This document shows, in pieces, positions 1-9,389 of a stretch of DNA of 64,000 nucleotides. The stretch is from Treponemataceae bacterium (lineage in GTDB: Bacteria > Spirochaetota > Spirochaetia > Treponematales > Rectinemataceae). The stretch is from positions 832,001 through 896,000 of the forward strand of contig CAXXVZ010000005.1 of the NCBI GenBank assembly GCA_963678065.2. The letters run 5' to 3'. The position numbers were made by a program, and so were the translations under genes. Below the pieces are notes generated by a model. The model saw only the letters and a list, made by a program, of their open reading frames with translations, was not told the DNA's origin and ran no database searches. Each line of letters begins with the position of its first letter. Position 1 is the first letter of the stretch.

Positions 1-1
1 C

Positions 2-61
2 ATATGTAAAATTTTTAGGTCGAGCGAGAAATCGCTTCACAAGCTTTTCATCTTTGCTCAT
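2..61 (-). CDS. HicA-like toxin, 5' part only (runs off window start)
   Basis: MSKDEKLVKRFLARPKNFTY resembles a HicA-family N-terminus; gcaact/agttgc palindrome upstream (92-110). Confidence 0.5.
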   Translation of the reverse strand, partial: MSKDEKLVKRFLARPKNFTY

Positions 62-139
62 ATAGCAATGTACCATAAATTCAGGAGAATAGCAACTATT
101 TTTCAGTTGCATACATCGTATTCTCTCGCGCCTTATTTC

Positions 140-278
140 GCCTAACGTTCTGCCTGTTTGCGACGATGGCGCGAGCATCGGCGAGCGCCATTGTGCCTGA
201 GCGGAATGAGCGCATGCGAGTGCAGCGATGGCCGAAGAGGGAGCCTGCGACCGATGAGCGTGAACAGCGCTGTTAGTT
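140..278 (-). repeat. attC site, variant A (29 copies; found only with the ORF-less mini-cassette)
   Basis: gcctAAC gttctgc ctgtttgcg ... cgtgaacag cgct GTTagtt; internal atggcgc/gcgccat stem. Confidence 0.88.
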
Positions 279-403
279 GCAGTCGTGACCTTCGAGCGCG
301 CTTGGATGGGGAGACTTGTCTCTCCATCCAATACTCTATCTTGCGCGCGTTCTTCTCTTCCTCTTTTCTTACCCTTATTTTTTCTTTCACGATTGCAACT
401 AAC
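272..403. repeat. ORF-less mini-cassette type I (~132 bp; 30 copies)
   Basis: gttagttgcagtcgtga...tcacgattgcaactaac. Copies start near 272,529,1962,2220,2477,19616,23771,26433,32116,32372,32631,34961,38537,40586,41788,42044,43010,43268,45438,48245,49166,49687,55890,56147,56404,58658,58917,60145,61485,61744. Confidence 0.92.
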
Positions 404-655
404 GTTCTGCCTGTTTGCGACGATGGCGCGAGCATCGGCGAGCGCCATTGTGCCTGAGCGGAATGAGCGATAGCGAGTGCAGCGATGGCCGAAGAGGGAG
501 CCTGCGACCGATGAGCGTGAACAGCGCTGTTAGTTGCAGTCGTGACCTTCAAGCGCGCTTGGATGGGGAGACTTGTCTCCTCATCCAATACTATATCTTG
601 CGCGCGTTCTTCTCTTTCTCTTTTCTTAACCCTTATTTTTCTCTTTCACGATTGC

Positions 656-797
656 AACTAACGTTCGCCTGCCTACGACGTTGTGGCGAGCATCGGCGAG
701 CCACAATGTGCCTGAGCGGAATGAGCGTCAGCGAGTGCAGCGATGGCCGAAGAAGGAGCCGAAAGGCGACTGATGAGCGTGGGCAGTGCTGTTAGCC
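656..797 (-). repeat. attC site, variant B (commonest with gene cassettes)
   Basis: taAC gttcgc ctgcctacg ... cgtgggcag tgct GTTag; internal ttgtggc/gccacaa stem. Confidence 0.88.
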
Positions 798-831
798 GCT
801 GCCACCTTCGTGTCATCCCAATACTATGTAC

Positions 832-860
832 TTGCTTATAGCAAGCTTTATGTGTATCAT
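832..860 (+). promoter_or_regulatory. Sigma70 promoter of the MarR-GNAT cassette with overlapping operator-like palindrome
   Basis: TTGCTT-17bp-TATCAT; cttgct-tat-agcaag inverted repeat at 831-845; ATG at 869. Confidence 0.6.
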
Positions 861-868
861 TCGTCTAT

Positions 869-1303
869 ATGAGTAGTATCAATGCGGTAAAAGACGTCAG
901 AACATTTAACCGTTTCTATACCAACATCATTGGCGTTATTGACCGTCATATCCTCGATAGTCCGTATTCATTGACTGAAGCAAGAATTCTCTATGAAATC
1001 TATAATAACCATACTATGACAGCTCGAAAAATAAAGAAGTATCTCCACATTGATGAAGGTTATCTGAGTCATGCACTAGAAAAAATGATCAAGAATGGCT
1101 TACTCATACGACAAAAATCCAAAGATGATAGAAGACTCAATCTCTTATCCTTAACTCAGAAGGGTGAAACTGAGTTTTTAGCACTAAGTTTGCGTTCTGA
1201 ACATGCAATTGCATCCCTTATCAAAGATCTGACCGGTAATGAACTAGAAAGGCTCACAGCTGCAATGCGGGAAATTACGTTTTTACTCACCAAAGAGGGG
1301 TAA
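869..1303 (+). CDS. MarR-family transcriptional regulator
   Basis: VRTFNRFYTNIIG, SLTEARILYEI, DDRR..LSLTQKG motifs. Confidence 0.88.
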   Translation: MSSINAVKDVRTFNRFYTNIIGVIDRHILDSPYSLTEARILYEIYNNHTMTARKIKKYLHIDEGYLSHALEKMIKNGLLIRQKSKDDRRLNLLSLTQKGETEFLALSLRSEHAIASLIKDLTGNELERLTAAMREITFLLTKEG

Positions 1304-1307
1304 TCTT

Positions 1308-1805
1308 ATGGTAACACTGGATGATATCACGATTCGAAATGAATTAGTGCCCGGCGACATTGGTTATATAATCTATCTGCATGGACTGCTGTATAGTACA
1401 GAAAATGCTTATGGACTTCAATTTGAAGCATATGTAACCGAAGGTTTGTTAGAATTTGTAAAAAGATACGATCCCTCTATAGATCGTGTATGGGTATGTG
1501 AACACAATACCCATATTGTAGGATTTATTTTGCTCATGCATCGCGATAACAATGCAGCTCAACTACGCTATTTCCTTATCCATCCGCAGTATCGGGGTAT
1601 TGGCTTAGGGAAAAGGCTTATTGAGTTGTATATGCAATTCTTACATCACTGTAACTACAGTACATCATATCTTTGGACAACCACTGAGCAGAAAACCGCT
1701 ATATCCTTATATAGGAGATATGGATTTTGTTTAACCGAGGAAAAAAAGTCATCGTTATTCGGGAAACCTTTACGTGAACAACGTTTTGACTTGGTTATTC
1801 GGTAG
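1308..1805 (+). CDS. GNAT acetyltransferase
   Basis: PGDIGYIIYLHG and AQLRYFLIHPQYRGIGLGKRL motifs. Confidence 0.9.
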   Translation: MVTLDDITIRNELVPGDIGYIIYLHGLLYSTENAYGLQFEAYVTEGLLEFVKRYDPSIDRVWVCEHNTHIVGFILLMHRDNNAAQLRYFLIHPQYRGIGLGKRLIELYMQFLHHCNYSTSYLWTTTEQKTAISLYRRYGFCLTEEKKSSLFGKPLREQRFDLVIR

Positions 1806-2735
1806 AGTTTGGGGGCTCGAAGGTGGTTGCGGCTAACGTTCTGCCTGTTTGCGACGATGGCGCGAGCATCGGCGAGCGCCATTGTGCCTGAGCGGAATGA
1901 GCAGAGCGAGTGCAGCGATGGCCGAAGAGGGAGCTTGCGACCGATGAGCGTGAACAGCGCTGTTAGTTGCAGTCGTGACCTTCGAGCGCGCTTGGATGGG
2001 GAGACTTGTCTCTCCATCCAATACTCTATCTTGCGCGCGTTCTTCTCTTCTTCTTCTCTTACCCTTATTTTTTTCTTTCACGATTGCAACTAACGTTCTG
2101 CCTGTTTGCGACGATGGCGTGAGCATCGGCGAACGCCATTGTGCCTGAGCGGAATGAGCGAATGCGAGTGTAGCGATGGCCGAAGAGGGAGCCTGCGACC
2201 GATGAGCGTGAACAGCGCTGTTAGTTGCAGTCGTGACCTTCGAGCGCGCTTGGATGGGGAGACTTGTCTCCTCATCCAATACTATATCTTGCGCGCGTTC
2301 TTCTCTTCCTCTTCTCTTACCCTTATTTTTTTCTTTCACGATTGCAACTAACGTTCTGCCTGTTTGCGACGATGGCGTGAGCATCGGCGAACGCCATTGT
2401 GCCTGAGCGGAATGAGCAAAGCGAGTGTAGCGATGGCCGAAGAGGGAGCTTGCGACCGATGAGCGTGAACAGCGCTGTTAGTTGCAGTCGTGACCTTCGA
2501 GCGCGCTTGGATGGGGAGACTTGTCTCCTCATCCAATACTCTATCTTGCGCGCGTTCTTCTCTTCCTCTTCTCTTACCCTTATTTTTTCTTTCACGATTG
2601 CAACTAACGTTTGCCTGCCTACGACGTTGTGGCGAGCATCGGCGAGCCACAATGTGCCTGAGCAGAATGAGCGACAGCGAGTGCAGCGATGGCCGAAGAA
2701 GGAGCTGAAGGCGACTGATGAGCGTGGGCAGTGCT

Positions 2736-3348
2736 GTTATGTGCTGTGTTTTTGGGGCACACCCTGTTTCTTCTCTTCATTTCTATAATTCTTATTCCTT
2801 TACTCTTAACCCTTTATCTTTGCATTTTAATACTTTATTCAGATACATACGCACTTTATTTCTCTATACCATAGTTATTTATTTACTTTGACAGTGCCTC
2901 TTTTCTTATATCCTACTACCTATATATTTTATCCTTAAATTCATATTTACGTTTTCGACTATTATAGTTCAGTACATGTTTTTCGATGTTTCCAATTCAA
3001 AAATCTACCATTTTTACTCATAAACCATATAGTAATAATGCCACTACTCAATATGTTTCTATACTTCAAAAATCACATTTTTTAGATTCAAATAGTTCAT
3101 GAGAAAAACAGCAGCATCTTCGAAAGGCGTTTTGAAATCTATGATAATCCTATACCCAGAAATCCTATTTTTTATCTATACCATTTTTGTACTGCATATA
3201 CTACCAACACTGAATATAGCACTGATCCACAATTACTACAGAATTGTGTATAAACCCAATATCAGAAGATTCTATTTTTGAATGCTCTGACGTCATTCAG
3301 AATCATATAGTTTCGCACGAGATCCGCCCCAAAAACATTGCACATAAC
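2736..3348. other. Long ORF-less cassette (family L)
   Basis: AT-rich, no credible ORF; homologous to 9517-10141 and 54266-54896. Confidence 0.75.
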
Positions 3349-3687
3349 GTTTGCCTGCCTACGACGTTGTGGCGAGCATCGGCGAGCCACAATGTGCCTG
3401 AGCGGAACGAGCGCATGCGAGTGCAGCAATTGGAAATGGCAAGTAGTTTTCCCCACCATATGGCAACTAGGAATCCCCACCCGGTAGAGGGTTATTCCTC
3501 CTTCTTTGCAGAGATGCGATATGACTCCCCTGACAGGGAGAAAATCTTTGCGTGATGCATGAGACGATCCAACAGGGCTGCGGTCATAACCTCGTCGCCC
3601 ATGAGTTCTGACCAAGAGTTCAGGTCCTTGTTGCTCGTCACGACGATAGAGGCACGTTCATAGAGATCCGAGACGAAGGTGAAAAAG

Positions 3688-4961
3688 GGCTCTTCGCTGT
3701 TTCATGTGGGTAACTGCCCCAGTTTACCGGCGACAATGTAGGTCATGATCTTGAGATTTTTGATAGTTCGGAATCCTCTGGCTCTGGTCTTTGCTGACTG
3801 AATCAGACTATTCAACGATTCAAGAAGCCCATTTGTCACTCCGGATGTAAGCCACCGAACGACTCCATTCCAGTGTCGTTTGAGCATCGCAGCAAAATTG
3901 ATGATTGGGGTAAGCTGTGATCGTGTTGCCCATACTCTCCATTTTTTAAGTTCTTCTATGGCTCGAGAAGCCGAGAATTCGAAAAGTCCCTTGAAAATGT
4001 TCATCATTCGCCATGCTCGCCCTGTTTTTAACTGTAATCCTGACAAGGTGTTGAGACGGGCCAAATTCTTAACCGACAGATTGTAGGGGTTGCTCAACCA
4101 GACATATTTCGAACCTCTGAGTACCGTTTCCATCGTTGATTCTTCTTTCCGCACGTCGTTGACTGCTTCACCCAGAAGCTTCATGACATGAAACCGATCA
4201 AACGTGAGAGCAGCCTGGGGAAGATGCTCTTCGATCCCGGACATGAACGCCGGCGACATATCGGTACAGACCGTCCGTGATAGCAGTTTTCGAGCCTCCA
4301 TGGGCTTCCAGATGCTCTGTAAAGGCTTTTATAGTGGATGCATCCTTGCCTTCGGTCACATATATGGCTTTCCCTGTATCGAGATCGGCCACAACGGTGA
4401 TGTATGAGTGTCCGCGTTTGGCTGCTGTTTCGTCGATTCCGATTCGTGTGGTTTTCGATAAATCTTGTGTAGCCACGTCTTCGGAAACATAATGGTCCAT
4501 AATTCGCCACACTCGCGTATCGGTGGTAGCTGTCAGTCTGGAAACTGCCTTGACGCTCATTTCCTTGACCATGATCATCATGAGGGCTTCGTACAGCAGG
4601 GTAAATCCCGATCCTTTACGCGCCCACGGGATATCAATCAGATGAACGCCATGCTCAGGACAGTCTATCCGCGGAACTCGTGCATGCAGATAGGCTTCAT
4701 GCTGGAAAAAATTGAGGTGACGCCATGTTTTGGGCATCGTATCGTAGGCTGTACCCTTGTAATCGCAGGAAAAACACGGAAAACGACTCCCGGGCTTGAA
4801 CCCAAGCTGTATATCAAGCCGATGTTCTGTTGGTTTGAACTCTATGTTCTCAACAATCCAGGGTTCAGATAATCCAAGCGCAAGGGCGAATAGTTCTACG
4901 TCTTTCATGCTGCTCATCCTACCATGCTTCCTTGGTTACCCACACGATTCGTTGAAGAGCC
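3688..4961 (-). mobile_element. ISL3-family IS
   Basis: GGCTCTTC ends; 8-bp target duplication tgaaaaag at 3680-3687 and 4962-4969. Confidence 0.92.
3702..4917 (-). pseudogene. ISL3 transposase, frameshifted
   Basis: WRHLNFFQHEAYLHARVPR, IGIDET, DMSPAF, FDRFHV, TNGLLESLNS motifs split over two frames; one extra C at ~4271. Confidence 0.85.
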
Positions 4962-5510
4962 TGAAAAAGAGATTGGCTTCCTTGCGCTCGATAGGAGTGT
5001 AGCCAATCTCATCAATGATCATGAGGTTGGCCTTCGCGAGCCGGCTTAGCCTGAACTGAGCGCTGCGTGCGGCGTCAGAGCGCACGAGGAGCTTCACCAG
5101 TGAGGTCATGCGCTCGTAACAAACCGAATAGCCTTTGCGTACGGCCACATGGCCAAGAGCGATTGCGAGATGGGTCTTTCCGAGTCCAGGAGGCCCGAAG
5201 AGCAGAAGGTTCTCGTGACGGTCTATCCAAGAGCACTCGGTGAGCTCAGAGAGGTCTCGTTTTCCAATTCCTGCTACTCGGCCGAGTTTGAAATCCTCGA
5301 GGCGCTTTACGACGGGAAAATGGGCCATGGCGAGGCCTCGTTTGAGGCGCCTGTCGCCGCGATCCTGTAGTTCGACGTCCACGAGGGTCTCGAGGAAGGC
5401 AAGGCATGTCAGTCCCCCGCTTTCAGCTTGTTTAAGAAGCTCAGGAAGCCGTGACGACGCGCCACGAAGCCGCAGGGACTCCAGTTTACGAGCGGATTCT
5501 GCGAGGGCGC

Positions 5511-7058
5511 TCATTCTTCGTGCCTCTGCGTATCGACGAGCGCGTCGAGGAATCGCTGATACTCGCTGACCGAGCGTGTGGCAACTAGTGGAAGGTCTCT
5601 GGTTTGATGAAGGCCGCGGTACGGCGAAGGCGCCACTGCGGGCACTGGCGTCGTGCTGTTGACCGCGTCGATGAGATCCTGGGCGCTTGCAAGTCCTCTA
5701 TCCAGGCAGAACTTCAATGCAAGCACGAGTTTCTCTCTGTCGATGTTGCGCTTGAGAAGCTTCCGAAGTCGGCCAGCGTGCTCCCGGAAGTAGCGTCGAT
5801 ACTCGGTATAGATACCATCGACGAAGCTCCCCCACTCGGGAAGATCATCTACTGCGGCGACAAGATCCGCGCGGAGCGTTTCCTGGGATCCTTCGCGATC
5901 GCGATAGTGAGCCTTGTCCAGCACCGTTCCGCCGGGTGTTGCCGCTTCGCGATGCGCCGCGATCTGGATACCCGTCTTCGTATCGAATACCAGGATGAGT
6001 CCGTCCTTGCGCTCGATAGTGACCTCGTTGAGCCGGTACGAGTTCGGCACCGAGTACCTGGTCGCGGCGATCGATATAAGGCTTTTCTGATCCACGTTAC
6101 GGCTCTCTCGGCAGCCCGATGCGGTGTCCGCGCGGAAAATAGACGCTCGGAGCGCCCGCAAGACGGGTTTCTCGTGCGCTTCGAAGTCCGCGAGCGGCAT
6201 GAGACGCGTGGCTTGGCTCAGTTTTGCGTTCACTCGTAAGAGCCATTTGCGCATGCCTGCCTGGAGTTCGTCGAAGGTCGCGAAGCTGCGGCTCGAGAAA
6301 TAGCTCGTTTTGACGTATTTGACCGCATTCTCGACCTTTCCTTTCGATTCCGGATCGGCCGCACGGCAGACACGGAGCCGCAGTCCCTGTTCTGCGACGA
6401 ACTCAGCAAAGGCTTTTGTCGTCGTGAGGTCGCCAAGGTTTTCCGTCACAATCATTGTCCGGTCCTGATCCATGACGAGTTCTTCGGTGATACCGCCAAA
6501 AAACTCGAAGGCGTCCAGGAGATGGCCGATCACATCCTCGCTGGTAAAGGGCCTGGATTGGGCCGCTACGTAGCGGTAACGGCTTCGTGAGAGTACTACG
6601 ACAACAAACCAAGCCTTTCCGATGTTCGTCGTCTCTACGCCGAAATCAATCTGAGCCTGCTTGCCGTAGGCCAGAGGCTCCACAGGACGATATTCCCGAC
6701 ACAGGCCCACCTTAATCGCACCGGATGCCTTGAGATACGTCAGGTAGTTCCGCAACGTACGGTCCGAGCCTGGAAGCTCTCCGTATTTCTCGCTTAAGTA
6801 GTCGTGGACGGACGATGAGTAGACCATTCTGCCTTCGTGGTTCTTTTTAAAAATCTCGAGGATTTCGTCCTTGTAGACCGAAAAAGCCTTACCGCGTTCT
6901 GCCATTCGCTCGAGATACCGTAAGAATTGGTCATTGTCCATGCGCAGGTACTTTCTCACGGTCTTGCGGTCCTTGCCAAGTTTTACCGCTAGTGCGCTGA
7001 CTGTGAGTCCTTGCCTGTGCCCTGTTCGTACGATGTTGTAGTCCTTCATGGTACTCAT
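5511..7058 (-). CDS. istA: IS21 transposase IstA
   Basis: HTH N-terminus, QAQIDFG, PESKGKVENAVKYVK, RYSVP motifs; overlaps istB start. Confidence 0.92.
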   Translation of the reverse strand: MSTMKDYNIVRTGHRQGLTVSALAVKLGKDRKTVRKYLRMDNDQFLRYLERMAERGKAFSVYKDEILEIFKKNHEGRMVYSSSVHDYLSEKYGELPGSDRTLRNYLTYLKASGAIKVGLCREYRPVEPLAYGKQAQIDFGVETTNIGKAWFVVVVLSRSRYRYVAAQSRPFTSEDVIGHLLDAFEFFGGITEELVMDQDRTMIVTENLGDLTTTKAFAEFVAEQGLRLRVCRAADPESKGKVENAVKYVKTSYFSSRSFATFDELQAGMRKWLLRVNAKLSQATRLMPLADFEAHEKPVLRALRASIFRADTASGCRESRNVDQKSLISIAATRYSVPNSYRLNEVTIERKDGLILVFDTKTGIQIAAHREAATPGGTVLDKAHYRDREGSQETLRADLVAAVDDLPEWGSFVDGIYTEYRRYFREHAGRLRKLLKRNIDREKLVLALKFCLDRGLASAQDLIDAVNSTTPVPAVAPSPYRGLHQTRDLPLVATRSVSEYQRFLDALVDTQRHEE

Positions 7059-7390
7059 TTCTTGTGCCGCATGCTCGCAAGCATAGCGGCCAAGGCCCCT
7101 GTGGGTGGGGAATCCTATTTGCCAACTGCTGGGGAATTCAGTTTACCATTTCCAGAGCGTATGCGAGTGCAATGAAGGCCGAAGAAGGAGCCGAAGGCGA
7201 CTGATGAGCGTGGGCAGTGCTGTTAGGCGACGTGTTGTTTTGCGTTTCTTCAAAATACACAATTACGTTGATACAGTTGTCAGATGTATTTTATCTACTG
7301 CTTTGCTGTTACCTAAAAATGGGGACTATATCATAAATGATTTCCTACTGATGTTTTAGTCTAATCAATGCTTGAAGTCATCTAAACATA

Positions 7391-7912
7391 CTATGCTGTA
7401 CAATAAGCTTCTTTTATTGACCTAATAGTTTTTAGTGCCCAGTCATAATGGCTGGATGTTGCTGATACTAGATATGCACCTAACGATGTTGTTCCTGTCC
7501 ATGCGTACTTTTTTTTAGTAAATAATTCATCATCACTATGTTTTTGTATTATTTCTATCATTTCTTTATGACTTTTCTTTATTAGCTTTATTGCTTCATT
7601 TAATTCTGTTCCTTTATACTTTTCATAAATTCTATGATTTAGGACAGGCAAGGTTTGCCAGGTAACATCTTCTGCCGGAATAGCTGGCTTCTTGCCGGAC
7701 ATTCCAATTTTATACCAATTCTTCATCATCGAATGCCATTCATGTAAATGACAAATCACATCAGCTATTGTCTTATCTCTATCATTGAGTTCATTATTTT
7801 CGTATGATTTAACTTGATATTCTTTGGGTAGCGATTCAATGAACACTAATAGTTTTGTAAGGTTTTCATCGCCAAGCGACAGTAGCTCTGCTTTGTTGGT
7901 TGGTCTAGGCAT
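7391..7912 (-). CDS. ClbS/DfsB-family (DUF1706) four-helix-bundle protein, copy 1
   Basis: MPRPTNKAELL, RDKTIADVICHLHEWH, TGTTSLGAYLVSATSSHYDWA. Confidence 0.8.
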   Translation of the reverse strand: MPRPTNKAELLSLGDENLTKLLVFIESLPKEYQVKSYENNELNDRDKTIADVICHLHEWHSMMKNWYKIGMSGKKPAIPAEDVTWQTLPVLNHRIYEKYKGTELNEAIKLIKKSHKEMIEIIQKHSDDELFTKKKYAWTGTTSLGAYLVSATSSHYDWALKTIRSIKEAYCTA

Positions 7913-8202
7913 GTAATTCTCCTAAATTAATTCGCGCCAAAGGCGTCCTGTTAACAGCATTTACCGTGATACATATAAACCTATTTGTATAAGTGGTAAA
8001 ACACTAAAATGGTAATCTCTGGAAGGATCGCGCAAAACAATATGTCGCCTAACGTTCGCCTGCCTACGACGTTGTGGCGAGCATCGGCGAGCCACAATGT
8101 GCCTGAATGGAACGAGCGTATGCGAGTGGAGTGAAGGCCGAAGAAGGAGCCGAAGGCGACTGATGAGCGTGGGCAGTGCTGTTAGGTGAAGTTGTTCAGG
8201 CA

Positions 8203-9072
8203 CTATCTCCCGTAATACTCAATTACTTCTCTCGCCCTTCTTGTAATGAACTCATTTTTATCTGTATTTCCGATTGATATTACCAAATCTTTAATCTGAC
8301 GCTCTATTTCCCACGTCGAATCTGGTTTCATTTTGCTTCTTAATAGATCCAACGCTTTCGTAATATGTACCGATTCCACCTTTTCCCGTTTCAAAAGCCA
8401 GAGTATTTCCAGATAATCTCCTTGATACATATTCGGAAATGTAAGCTTTTTTATAGTGGTATGGATAAACGATGTACTATCATGCGAACTGAAGCAAACA
8501 TCATGCAGTAAAATAAAGGCTATACACTGAGCACGTAGCTTTTTAGCATTTTCTGATCGTTTGTTCTCAGGAATAAAGGATAATCCCTTCAAGAGCTTCA
8601 CAATTCCCCAATAACAGGTATGTTTTCCATAGCAACTACGATTCGAACAATACGGAAAGGAAGAAGGAGTCTTGAAATCCCCATCATCAAATCGTTGGTA
8701 GTCTGCAAAAAAGTCTATGATGCTTGTAATAACAGATTCATTTTCAAAATGAAAATATGAATGCACATACAGCATATTCCCATTCAAGCACGGAATTGGG
8801 AAATGAGTTTTCCCCAAAGAGTAAATATTCACGGTTCGATCGAGAAAATGATTTGCTATCGTCTGCAAAGGTCTGATTAGGCTAGTTATTCTATAATCGC
8901 AGTGCATATCAGCTAACAGGATGAGCGTCCATAAGGTGGATTTATAATTGGGTACGTAATAATTCAACGCTGGGTAATGCGTATCCCTTTTATCCAGAAC
9001 GTTCCAACATCCATTTTCATCCTGCAATTCAAGTATCTTTGACGTAAGTGATTGTGCTAAATCTGTAGTCAT
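8203..9072 (-). CDS. Hypothetical protein, prenyltransferase/squalene-cyclase-like repeat fold
   Basis: QDENGCW, PNYKSTLWTL, PCLNGN, LTFPNMYQGDYLEIL; 289-aa ORF fills the cassette. Confidence 0.6.
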   Translation of the reverse strand: MTTDLAQSLTSKILELQDENGCWNVLDKRDTHYPALNYYVPNYKSTLWTLILLADMHCDYRITSLIRPLQTIANHFLDRTVNIYSLGKTHFPIPCLNGNMLYVHSYFHFENESVITSIIDFFADYQRFDDGDFKTPSSFPYCSNRSCYGKHTCYWGIVKLLKGLSFIPENKRSENAKKLRAQCIAFILLHDVCFSSHDSTSFIHTTIKKLTFPNMYQGDYLEILWLLKREKVESVHITKALDLLRSKMKPDSTWEIERQIKDLVISIGNTDKNEFITRRAREVIEYYGR

Positions 9073-9117
9073 ACTGATTTCCCACTAAACGAGTGTGTGG
9101 TGTGCCTGAACAATTTC

Positions 9118-9258
9118 ACCTAACGTATGCCTGCCTGCGACGTTTTGGCCCGCATCGGCGGGACAAAATGTGCTTGAGCGGAACGAGCGAATGCGAGTGA
9201 AGTGAAAGCCGAAGAAGGAGCCGAAGGCGACTGATGAGCGGGGGCAGCGCTGTTATGT
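9118..9258 (-). repeat. attC site, variant D
   Basis: Same frame as other attCs; internal ttttggcc cgcatcggcg ggacaaaa stem. Confidence 0.85.
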
Positions 9259-9389
9259 GCTGTCGCGATCTTGGTTTAGCGCACTGAAAGGTGGTGGCTG
9301 GATGCCACCACTTTTCAAGAAATATCCTGTGCGCGTTCTTTCTTTATCTTCTCTTCACTTTAGATACATTCCTCGCGATTGCACATAAC
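9252..9389. other. ORF-less mini-cassette type II, copy 1
   Basis: 138 bp, nested inverted repeats, near-identical copy at 49425-49562. Confidence 0.8.

Larger units (their letters stand above)
3492..5514 (-). pseudogene. istB: IstB ATPase split by ISL3
   Basis: Walker A GPPGLGKT and IIDEIGY; frame resumes after ISL3 as TFVSDLYERASIVVTSN...ALLDRLMHH...GESYR, stop at 3492. Confidence 0.9.
3431..7154 (-). mobile_element. IS21-family element inserted within an attC site
   Basis: TG...CA ends; ~50-bp imperfect IRs tggaaatggcaagtagttttcccc / ggggaattcagtttaccatttcca; istA-istB. Confidence 0.9.

Noticed and set aside
272..403. Mini-cassette as a classical MITE
   Set aside because: No target duplication; boundaries fall exactly at GTT/AAC recombination points and it travels with one attC variant.
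659..794. tRNA or other known RNA gene in the multi-hairpin repeat
   Set aside because: No T-loop or D-loop consensus and no CCA; position and ends fit attC.
142..795. The many 60-200 aa ORFs over the repeats (MRRQVSPSKRARR..., MRRWREHRR..., MTFERAWMG...)
   Set aside because: These are shadow ORFs of GC-rich palindromes; frames and stops change between copies with indels. A short - strand peptide starting in the hairpin cannot be fully excluded without ribosome profiling.
140..2608. CRISPR array
   Set aside because: Repeats are ~130 bp, intervening units are either near-identical or whole genes, and no cas genes are present. TAAC...GTTA ends indicate attC.
5604..6239. 211-aa + strand ORF and other antisense ORFs within IS elements
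   Set aside because: Antisense to clear transposase genes, with no recognisable motifs.
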